From NCBI GenBank assembly GCA_963752475.1, contig CAVVYR010000008.1, forward strand, positions 288,001 to 352,000: 64,000 nt of DNA, in the 5' to 3' direction. Below the pieces are notes generated by a model. The model made no database searches. It was not told the DNA's origin and saw only the letters and a program-made list of their open reading frames with translations. The position numbers and the translations under genes were made by a program. Origin of the DNA: an uncultured Chloroflexia bacterium (GTDB taxonomy: Bacteria; Chloroflexota; Limnocylindria; Limnocylindrales; CSP1-4). Positions within the stretch are counted from its first letter, which is position 1, and the number at the start of each line of letters is the position of its first letter. Positions 51,240-59,332 of the stretch are shown in pieces.

Positions 51240-51902
51240 CTACTCCCCTTCCGGTCTTCGGAGCGTGCCCTTGGCCACGCGCTCGCGTGCCCGATCGGCT
51301 GTGCTCTGGATCTTCTGCAGCCGCTGGTCGAGTTCGGCCGTGACAGCGCTGGCGAAGCCCTCGTCACCGATGGACGGGAGGTTCACACGGACGTTGGCTG
51401 CCGCTGCGCGCGCGGCGCTATCAAGCAGGAGCGCGGCTACCTCGAGATCGCTGGCCACGTAGAGGTTTGTCCGTCCGGCGCAGCGGTCGATCAGCTCCAT
51501 CTGCACATGACAGGCCTTGACCGTTGCCAGTGGCACCTTGGTCGCGACGCGGGCAGCGTCTCGGGTGGCCGCTTCCCGCACCTCCTTCTCTGCCTCGGTG
51601 TCCCTGGGCATGCTGCGCGCGGCACGGTAGGCCGCGTAGGCCGAGGCGTCTTCGTCAGCGAGCTCCAGGAACCGGGTACGCGAGGCATCCGAAGCAGTGA
51701 GGGCCTCGGTGTGCAGATCGGCGAAGTCTGCGTACTTGGGTCGGTCGAGCGAGAGCCTCACCACCATGGCCGTGAGGCTCGAAGCGAGTGCGGCCGAGAC
51801 CGCGGCGGCGGCCCCGCCGCCAGGCACCGGCTGCTCGGATGCGAGGGCTTCGAAGAAGTCGCCCAGGCGTTGGTCGGCGACGGGATCGGTCGGTGCGGTC
51901 AT
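51240..51902 (-). CDS. Formiminotetrahydrofolate cyclodeaminase / methenyl-THF cyclohydrolase (FTCD_C)
   Basis: LASEQPVPGGGAAAA, MVVRL, ATKVPL, SDLEVA, NVRVNL. Confidence 0.88.
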   Translation of the reverse strand: MTAPTDPVADQRLGDFFEALASEQPVPGGGAAAAVSAALASSLTAMVVRLSLDRPKYADFADLHTEALTASDASRTRFLELADEDASAYAAYRAARSMPRDTEAEKEVREAATRDAARVATKVPLATVKACHVQMELIDRCAGRTNLYVASDLEVAALLLDSAARAAAANVRVNLPSIGDEGFASAVTAELDQRLQKIQSTADRARERVAKGTLRRPEGE

Positions 51903-51944
51903 GGCTCGCATTCTCGCACGCGCCCGACTCCCCAGGTGGGAGCT

Positions 51945-52220
51945 CTAGGCCGCCGGTGCCAGGACCACCGCGTGGCCATCGAGGTCCTCGATCGTCCAGC
52001 GCCGATCATCCAGCTCATGGGTGAGCCGGAAGCGACGACCGGCGGCATACACGACGAAGACCGTGCGGGGACCGGACTCGAGCGGGTAGGCGGACGTCTC
52101 ATCACGCACCGACTCGAGGCCTGTGACAGCCAGGCGCTGTCCGTCAGTGCGGATCTCTCGGGGCCGGCCTGTCGCGTTGTCGACGGACACGGATGTGAAG
52201 GCGGGGATGAGGTTGAACAC
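51945..52220 (-). CDS. Small SOS-regulated hypothetical protein (DUF6504-like)
   Basis: GAGGAG RBS and GTG start; VRDETSAYP, GPRTVFVV, W near C-terminus; two LexA boxes upstream. Confidence 0.65.
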   Translation of the reverse strand: MFNLIPAFTSVSVDNATGRPREIRTDGQRLAVTGLESVRDETSAYPLESGPRTVFVVYAAGRRFRLTHELDDRRWTIEDLDGHAVVLAPAA

Positions 52221-52273
52221 GTGCGGGCTCCTCTTTCGGCGACGCGTCCGAGTGGCACGGTTCGGACCAATGT

Positions 52274-52330
52274 CGAACATCTGTTCTGTTACGGCTCAGG
52301 CAACGTATCGAACATCTGTTCGATTGTCAA
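52274..52330 (-). promoter_or_regulatory. Promoter with two LexA boxes
   Basis: GAAC-ATCT-GTTC at 52275 and 52310; minus strand TTGACA-17 bp-TACGTT with one box in the spacer. Confidence 0.85.
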
Positions 52331-52401
52331 GCCCTGGCCGCGATCTGGTCGCAGAGTGAGGTGCGACCGTGCCACCTCACTTGTCACACTCCCGCTGGAC
52401 C

Positions 52402-53649
52402 TCAGCGATCGGGAGGGTCCTCCTCGCGACCGCGCCCGATGCTGCCACCCTCGGGCGCGGTCATCGGGTCACGTTCGAACGGCTCGGCCACGCCGCTCTC
52501 GATGAGCCGGGCGCGCCTGATGGCCTTGGAGCCGTAGCGCTTGCGGATGGCATCGGCCGCGGCGGTGGCCTTGCGGCGACGCTCGTCCTTGGCCGCGAAG
52601 AGCCCCATCTGCTCGCCCTCGCCCAGGTGTGAGGCACCCACGCCGAGCAACCGCACACGGATGCCCTTGAGCTCCGGGCGAGCCAGCTCGAGCGCCGCCG
52701 CGAAGATGACCTCGGTCTGGTCGGTCGGTTCGGACAGGGTCCGCTGCCGCGAGACCGTGCGGAAGGACGAATCGCGTACCTTGACCGCGATGGTTCGGGC
52801 CTTTACGCCGCCGTTGCGCAACCGCCCGGCCACGCCCTCGGACAGCGCCAACAGCGTGCGCTCGAGCGCTTCGGGGTCGGCCGTGTCGACGTGGAAGGTG
52901 TGCTCGTGGCTGACCGATCGGGCCGGCTCGGCCCCGGAGACCGATGAGGAGTCGATGCCTCGGGCGCGCAGGGCCAGGACCGGCCCCATCTTGCCGAAGC
53001 GGCGCGCCAGCAGGTCGTCGGGTAGTGCCGCGAGGTCCCCGATGGTGCGCACGCCGAACTCGCTCAGCACGGCTGCGGTCTTCTCGCCCACACCCCACAG
53101 GCGCGAGATGGGCAAGGGCGCGAGGAAGGCGGCTTCGGTGCCGGGGGCGACCACCACGAGCCCGTCGGGCTTCTCCAGGTCGGAGGCGACCTTGGCCACG
53201 AGCTTCGTCGCGGCCACGCCCACCGAAGCGGTCAGTTCGAGCTCGCCGGAGATGGTCGACCTGATCGATCGCGCCATGTCGGACGGCGTGCCGTGGAGAG
53301 CCTCCGAGCCATGGACGTCCAGGAAGGCCTCGTCGATGGAGATCTGCTCGACCGCTGGGGTGTAGCGGCGCAGGATCCCCATGACCTGCTTGCTGACGCG
53401 GCCGTACTTGCGTCCGTCGACGGGCACGAAGACGAGCTCGGGGCAAAGGCGCGCGGCAGTACGCAGGGGCAGCGCCGAGTGGACGCCAAAGCGGCGGGCC
53501 TCGTAGGAGGCAGCTGAGACGACGCCGCGGTCGTTGGCGCCCCCACCCCCGACCGCTATGGGTCTCCCGCGCAGCTCAGGACGGTCCCGCTGCTCGACGG
53601 CAGCGAAGAACGCGTCGAGATCGACGTGCAGGATAGTGGCGCGGCTCAC
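52402..53649 (-). CDS. dinB: DNA polymerase IV
   Basis: HVDLDAFFAAVEQ, ASYEARRFGV, SIDEAFLD, AKVASDLEKPDG, LWGVG, VRLLGV. Confidence 0.96.
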   Translation of the reverse strand: MSRATILHVDLDAFFAAVEQRDRPELRGRPIAVGGGGANDRGVVSAASYEARRFGVHSALPLRTAARLCPELVFVPVDGRKYGRVSKQVMGILRRYTPAVEQISIDEAFLDVHGSEALHGTPSDMARSIRSTISGELELTASVGVAATKLVAKVASDLEKPDGLVVVAPGTEAAFLAPLPISRLWGVGEKTAAVLSEFGVRTIGDLAALPDDLLARRFGKMGPVLALRARGIDSSSVSGAEPARSVSHEHTFHVDTADPEALERTLLALSEGVAGRLRNGGVKARTIAVKVRDSSFRTVSRQRTLSEPTDQTEVIFAAALELARPELKGIRVRLLGVGASHLGEGEQMGLFAAKDERRRKATAAADAIRKRYGSKAIRRARLIESGVAEPFERDPMTAPEGGSIGRGREEDPPDR

Positions 53650-53688
53650 CGCACCATGATGTCTTGGCAGGCAACCCTGCCGGCTGGA

Positions 53689-54135
53689 CTAGCCCTTGGG
53701 CTCGACCTCGACGGTGACCTCGGAGACCGTGTCCTGGTACACCTTGATCGCGACCTTGTAGGTGCCCAGCTGACGCAGTGGCTCCTCAAGGTCGATCTTG
53801 TGACGGTCGATCTCGATGCCGCGGCGCGCGAGCGCGTCCGCGATGTCCTTGGCGGTGATGGAGCCATAGAGCTTGCCGCCCTCGCCGACCTTCACGCCCA
53901 TCGTGAGCGTGGTGCTGCTGATGCGAGTGGCGTTGATCTCGGCTTCCTCGCGCTCCTTCTTGCGCTGCTCCTCGCGACTGGCGATGTCATGCAGCCAGGC
54001 GCGGTAGGTGCCGCCGGCAGCCGGGACAGCCAGATTGCGCGGGATGAGGTAGTTGCGGGCGTAGCCGTGAGCCACGTCCTTGAGCTCACCGCTCTTACCG
54101 AGCGGATCGACATCCGCTGTGAGGATGACCTTCAC
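53689..54135 (-). CDS. rplI: 50S ribosomal protein L9
   Basis: KVILTADV..LGKSG, GYARNYLIP, GKLYGSIT. Confidence 0.97.
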   Translation of the reverse strand: MKVILTADVDPLGKSGELKDVAHGYARNYLIPRNLAVPAAGGTYRAWLHDIASREEQRKKEREEAEINATRISSTTLTMGVKVGEGGKLYGSITAKDIADALARRGIEIDRHKIDLEEPLRQLGTYKVAIKVYQDTVSEVTVEVEPKG

Positions 54136-54629
54136 GCTGAGATTGCCTCCTTGTCCTGTTCTGTGATCTCGAGATAGCCGCGTGCTTCCAATTCACCACG
54201 GACGACATCGGCGCTGGCCTCGATGAGTGCCGGCAGTCGTCGCGCGAGTGAGCGGATGGGCAGCGGGAGGAAGCGTCGAGCGGCCTCCATGTCGCGCTCC
54301 AGTTCACGGCCGTCGATACCAAGGGTATACATCTTCTGGATCATGAGCTCTCTGGGCACTCCTTCGAGGAAGAGGTCGAGCGCGATGATCGTGACCATGA
54401 CGTCGTCGATCCTGCTGATGAAGGGGACGAAATCGGGGATGAGGTCGATGGGTGATACGACGTATGCCACCGCCATCCCCAGGATCGCCTTCCTGGACCA
54501 GGGCACCCTCCGGTCGATCGCGAGCTCGTAGATGAGCCGGCCATAGACAGGCGCACGCGAGGCGATCGGTAGGAATGGCCAGAAACTGAGCGCGGTCAGT
54601 CCCAGCCTGAAGGTGCTTCTCAGGGCCAT
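54132..54629 (-). CDS. YkvA/DUF1232 family protein
   Basis: DRRVPW, AYVVSPIDLIPDFVP...DD. Confidence 0.85.
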   Translation of the reverse strand: MALRSTFRLGLTALSFWPFLPIASRAPVYGRLIYELAIDRRVPWSRKAILGMAVAYVVSPIDLIPDFVPFISRIDDVMVTIIALDLFLEGVPRELMIQKMYTLGIDGRELERDMEAARRFLPLPIRSLARRLPALIEASADVVRGELEARGYLEITEQDKEAISA

Positions 54630-54712
54630 CGGGAGCGCGAGTCTAGCATCCGAGGGCCCTTGGCCACGTGCGCGTCCGCGCTCCACACCAGCGTTGGCTC
54701 AGCGTGTCGCCC

Positions 54713-54741
54713 TTGACAACCGAACAGGTGTTCGGTACTGT
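54713..54741 (+). promoter_or_regulatory. lexA promoter with LexA box
   Basis: TTGACA-AC-CGAACAGGTGTTCG-G-TACTGT (17-bp spacer). Confidence 0.9.
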
Positions 54742-54760
54742 CCATGCGACAGGAGGTCCC

Positions 54761-55411
54761 GTGACCAAGCACGACGCACTGCGCAAGCAGCGGATCATCG
54801 AGTACATCGCCACCACCGTGCGCGAGAGCGGCTACCCGCCGTCCGTGCGGGAGATCGCCGCCGCCGTCGGGCTGGCTTCAACCTCGGCCGTGCACCACCA
54901 CCTCTCGGCCCTGGAGAAGGAGGGCCTGCTCGAGCGTGACGCCACGCAGTCGCGCGCGATCCGCCTGACGCCCGCCGCCTTGTTGTCCAGTGGCGCCGGC
55001 GGGGACGTGCTCACGCGCGGCGCGGAGCCGCTGGCCAACGCCATCCCCGTCATCGGCGAGATCGCCGCCGGTGGTCCGATCGAGGCATATCAGGACGCCA
55101 GCGAGTCCGTCAGCGTTCCGGATCTGATCAACACCAGTGCCAGCACGTATGTGCTGCGTGTACGCGGCGATTCGATGGTCGACGCTCACATCATGGATGG
55201 CGACCTCGTGGTCATCCGCGAACAGCAGACCGCCCGTGACGGTGACATCGTCGTGGCCCAGGTGGAGGAGAACTCGGTCACCTTGAAGCGGTTCTTCAAG
55301 GAGCGGAACCAGGTCCGCCTGCAGCCGGCGAACGAAGCCTACGAGCCACAGTTCTATGACGACGTTCGCATCCAGGGCAAGCTCGTCGGAGTCATTCGCC
55401 GGGTCGATTAG
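54761..55411 (+). CDS. lexA: SOS repressor LexA
   Basis: GYPPSVREI, IAAG cleavage site, VRGDSM (Ser), TLKRF (Lys); AGGAGG RBS and GTG start. Confidence 0.96.
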   Translation: MTKHDALRKQRIIEYIATTVRESGYPPSVREIAAAVGLASTSAVHHHLSALEKEGLLERDATQSRAIRLTPAALLSSGAGGDVLTRGAEPLANAIPVIGEIAAGGPIEAYQDASESVSVPDLINTSASTYVLRVRGDSMVDAHIMDGDLVVIREQQTARDGDIVVAQVEENSVTLKRFFKERNQVRLQPANEAYEPQFYDDVRIQGKLVGVIRRVD

Positions 55412-55436
55412 GAACGTTCACGCCTGTCCTGTGCGT

Positions 55437-55456
55437 TTGTCCACGGGTTATCCACA
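55437..55456 (+). promoter_or_regulatory. DnaA boxes upstream of dnaB
   Basis: TTGTCCACG (55437) and consensus TTATCCACA (55448). Confidence 0.65.
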
Positions 55457-55579
55457 GAAATGGTGGAGAGAATGGGTCAAACCGTGGAGATGCGTATTGC
55501 GGGAGCGCTCCCACACCCGCGAACATCGGAGGCAGCCCCTCGGCAGCCCCTGTGAACCCATGCCTTAGCCCCGGAGAAC

Positions 55580-56945
55580 TTGCGCGTGTCCATCGACCGT
55601 CTGCCACCGCAATCCGTCGAAGCCGAACAGTCGGTGCTGGGCGCGATGCTCATCGACAAGGACGCGGTGACCGAAGTCGCAGAGATCCTGAAGCCGGAGG
55701 ATTTCTACCGCGGACACCACGGCACCATCTATGCCGCCGCTCTCGAGCTCTACGAGAAGCGCGAGCCGGTCGACATCATCACCATCAGCGAGGTCCTTGA
55801 GCGACAGGGTCGGCTGGATGAGATCGGCGGGTCGGCGTACCTCACGAGCCTGATGAACCTCACGCCCACTGCGGTGAACGTCGTCCATTACGCCCGGATC
55901 GTCGAGCGGAAGGGCGTGTTGAGGAACCTCATCAGCGCGGCAGGGCGGATCGCTGGCTACGGCTACGAAGAGGACGGTGAGGTCGGTGAGGTCATCGACA
56001 AGGCAGAGTCGGAGTTGTTTGCGGTCTCTGAGAAGCGCGTGCAGTCCGGCTTCTCACCGCTCGACTCGCTATTGCATAGCGCCTGGGACCGGCTCGACTA
56101 CCTCCACCAGCACAAGGGTGAGATCAGCGGCATCCGCACCGGGTTCACCAAGCTGGACTCGCTGACCACCGGACTGCAGAAGTCAGACCTCGTGCTGGTG
56201 GCGGCACGCCCCTCGGTCGGCAAGACCAGCCTGGCGCTGAACTTCGCCGAGCACGCGGCCGTCAACGAGGGCAAGGTCGTGGGCGTGTTCAGCCTAGAGA
56301 TGAGCAAGGAGCAGCTCGTGCTGCGCCTGCTGTCGTCGGTGAGCGGCGTGGATTCCAACCTGCTGCGAACCGGCTGGCTCGAGGAGATCCACTTCGCACG
56401 CCTCGCGCCCGCCATGAGCAAGATGGCGGCGGCGCCGATCTTCATCGACGACACACCCAACATCAGCGCCATGGAGCTGCGCACCAAGGCGCGCCGACTC
56501 CAGGCTGAGTCAGGCCTCGACCTCATCCTCGTCGACTACCTGCAGCTGATGCAGTCGGGTGTCACGTCCAAGGACGCCAACCGCGTACAGGAGGTCAGCG
56601 ACATCTCCCGGTCCCTGAAGGCGCTCGCACGCGAGCTGCAGCTGCCGGTCGTGGCGCTCTCGCAGCTCTCCCGCCAAACCGAGAACCGCGGCGAGAAGGG
56701 CGAGCCTCGCCTCTCTGACCTGCGCGAGTCGGGAGCCCTGGAGCAGGACGCGGACATGGTCATGTTCCTGTGGCGCGACAAGGAGCGCAGCCCCGAGGAA
56801 GACGACGCGGAAGGCGAGATCATCAACCTGAAGCTGGCGAAGCACCGTAACGGCCCCACCGGCGAGATGCAGCTGTACTTCAAGAAGCGCCAGACCCGCT
56901 TCGAGAACGTCGAGGAGGACCATTACGCGGAGAGTGCATACGCAG
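55580..56945 (+). CDS. dnaB: Replicative DNA helicase; native stop missing, ORF reads on to 57235 through IS DNA
   Basis: [60 protein letters not shown]. Confidence 0.95.
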
Positions 56946-57590
56946 TTGAGCACCGACCCCGCCCTCGAGGCCAAGATCCGCGACGTCGTGGGCCTCTACC
57001 TCGACCCGCCCGAGGGCGCGGTCGTGCTGTCGGTCGACGAGAAGACCCAGATCCAGGCGCTCGACCGCACCCAGCCGATGCTGCCGATGCGCCCGGGCCA
57101 GGCGGAGCGCCATACCCACGACTACGAGCGCCACGGCACGACCTGCCTGTTCGCGGCACTCGAGGTGGGCACCGGGCAGGTCACGACCGACCACCGCCGT
57201 CCGCCACACCGGGGCCGACTTCCTCGCCTTCATGAAGCGGGTGGCGAAGGCCTACCCGGAGGGCGAGCTCCACGTCGTGCTCGACAACGTCAGCAGCCAT
57301 ACGACACCCGCTGTCCGCAAGTGGCTGAAGCGGCACAAGCGCATCACCTTCCACTTCACGCCCACGAGCGCGTCGTGGATGAACCAGATCGAGACCTGGT
57401 TCGGCATCCTCACCCGTCAGGCCATCCGCCGCGGCAGCTTCAAGAGCGTCAAGGAACTCATCGCCATGATCGACGCCTTCACCCACCAGTGGAACGAGGG
57501 CGCCAGCCCCTTCACCTGGGTCAAGTCCGCCGACCAGATCCTCGCCAAGGCGGTCCGCAAGCCGCCAGCAACAGTGAATACTAGGGACAC
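56946..57590 (+). mobile_element. Truncated, frameshifted IS630-family transposase (C-terminal half)
   Basis: [38 protein letters not shown]; shift near 57200; [24 protein letters not shown]. Confidence 0.88.
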
Positions 57591-57591
57591 T

Positions 57592-59037
57592 CCCCGTGCA
57601 TTGATGCTCCAGGGCACGGGCTCCGACGTCGGCAAGTCCGTGCTCGTGGCAGGGCTTTGTCGTGCGCTGGTCGACCGCCGGCTGACCGTCCGTCCCTTCA
57701 AGCCCCAGAATATGTCCAACAACGCGGCGGTCGCGGTCGAGGGTGGCGAGATCGGCCGGGCGCAATGGCTCCAGGCGGTGGCTTGTCGGGTGCCACCGAG
57801 CGTTCACATGAACCCCGTGCTCATCAAGCCGGAGAGCGACATCGGGGCGCAACTCGTCGTGCAGGGCCAAGCGGTCGGCACATCCATGGCGGCCGACTTC
57901 AACCGCAAGAAACCCGAACTGTTCGCGAAGGTGCTGGAGTCGTTCGAGACGATCGCATCCGAGGCGGACATCGTCGTGGTCGAGGGCGCCGGCAGCCCTG
58001 CCGAAGTGAACCTGCGCGAGGGCGACATCGCCAACATGGGCTTCGCCTTGCCCACGCAGACCCCGGTCGTGCTCATCGGCGACATCGACCGCGGAGGGGT
58101 CATCGCGTCGCTCGTGGGTACGCACGCGATCCTGCCGCCAGAGGAGCGTGCGCTGGTCCGCGGGTTCATCGTCAACAAGTTCCGCGGTGACGCCGCGCTG
58201 TTCGACGAGGGCATGCGCATCATCGAGGACCGCACCGGTTGGGCCGGCTTCGGCGTCGTGCCCTTCCTGCCGACAGTGACGCGTCTGCCGGCGGAGGACG
58301 CAGTGGTCCTGGAGGGCCCTCGGGCGCGCGGGGGTTCGCGCTACGTGATCGCGGTCCCGATGCTCTCGCGCATCGCCAACTTCGACGATGCCGACCCGCT
58401 TCGTCTACACCCGGAGATCGACCTTCGGTTCATCCCGCCCGGCCGGGCCATTCCGTCAGAGGTGGACCTCATCATCATCCCCGGCACCAAGTCCACCATC
58501 GCCGACCTGCGATTCCTTAGGGCGCAGGGCTGGAGCGCGGACATCGCGGCCCACCACCGGGCCGGCAAGCCCGTCATCGGACTCTGTGGTGGCTATCAGA
58601 TGCTGGGCACGGTGGTAGCCGATCCAGAGGGTACTGAGGGCCCGCCCGGTGAGGAGCCGGGTCTGGGGTTGCTGGCGGTGAAGACGGTATTGGAGTCCCC
58701 CAAGACCGTGCGTACCGTCAGCGCGCTCGAGGCGGACTCGGGTCTCGAAGTGCCGGGCTACGAGATCCACTGCGGGCGGACCGAGGCCATCGGGGCGATC
58801 GAGCCGTTCCTCAGTGTCGACGGGGAGGTCGTCGGTCTGCGCTCCGCTGATGGTTTGGTCTACGGCGCCTACGTGCATGGCCTCTTCCTCGACGACCGCT
58901 TCCGGAGCGAGATGCTCGCCCGGCTGGGGATGCCGGTGGCCGCGGGGCTGTCCTATCAGGCGTCGGTCGAGACCGCACTCGACGAGCTGGCGGCGGCGCT
59001 GGAGGAACATCTCGACATCGAGGCCATGCTCGGCTGA
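57592..59037 (+). CDS. cobQ: Cobyric acid synthase; 5' end fused in frame to the IS630 remnant
   Basis: ALMLQGTGSDVGKS, PFKPQNMSNN, EGAGSPAE, DIDRGG, NKFRGD, GLCGGYQMLG, GYEIH, YVHG. Confidence 0.95.
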   Translation, partial: PRALMLQGTGSDVGKSVLVAGLCRALVDRRLTVRPFKPQNMSNNAAVAVEGGEIGRAQWLQAVACRVPPSVHMNPVLIKPESDIGAQLVVQGQAVGTSMAADFNRKKPELFAKVLESFETIASEADIVVVEGAGSPAEVNLREGDIANMGFALPTQTPVVLIGDIDRGGVIASLVGTHAILPPEERALVRGFIVNKFRGDAALFDEGMRIIEDRTGWAGFGVVPFLPTVTRLPAEDAVVLEGPRARGGSRYVIAVPMLSRIANFDDADPLRLHPEIDLRFIPPGRAIPSEVDLIIIPGTKSTIADLRFLRAQGWSADIAAHHRAGKPVIGLCGGYQMLGTVVADPEGTEGPPGEEPGLGLLAVKTVLESPKTVRTVSALEADSGLEVPGYEIHCGRTEAIGAIEPFLSVDGEVVGLRSADGLVYGAYVHGLFLDDRFRSEMLARLGMPVAAGLSYQASVETALDELAAALEEHLDIEAMLG

Positions 59038-59094
59038 CCGCCCTACACTCGGGGCTAACCACTGGGACATCACATACGACAGAGGAGACGCGCG

Positions 59095-59301
59095 ATGGGC
59101 GTCATCATCATCCGGGAGATGGTCGGCAGCAGCCCCGAGTCATGGAGCGCAGCGGCCGCCGATGCCGTGGCGCGAGCGGCTTCGACCGTTCGCAATATCC
59201 GCCAGGTGGAGGTCGTGCGCCACACGGCGCGGGTCGACGAGGATCGCATCACCGACTACGAGGTCGAACTGAAGATCTTCTTCGAGTACGAGGGCACCTG
59301 A
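59095..59301 (+). CDS. Dodecin family (flavin-binding) protein
   Basis: 68 aa; EMVGSSPESW, TVRNI, YEVELKIFF; GAGGAG RBS. Confidence 0.85.
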   Translation: MGVIIIREMVGSSPESWSAAAADAVARAASTVRNIRQVEVVRHTARVDEDRITDYEVELKIFFEYEGT

Positions 59302-59332
59302 CCGCACTTTTCCACACCCTGGTAAGCGTGGG

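Noticed and set aside
55420-55580. Replication origin oriC
   Set aside because: Only two DnaA boxes, no AT-rich unwinding element, no dnaA/dnaN nearby
57232-59037. Evolved transposase-CobQ fusion enzyme
   Set aside because: The transposase part is a frameshifted fragment; better explained as a junction by-product
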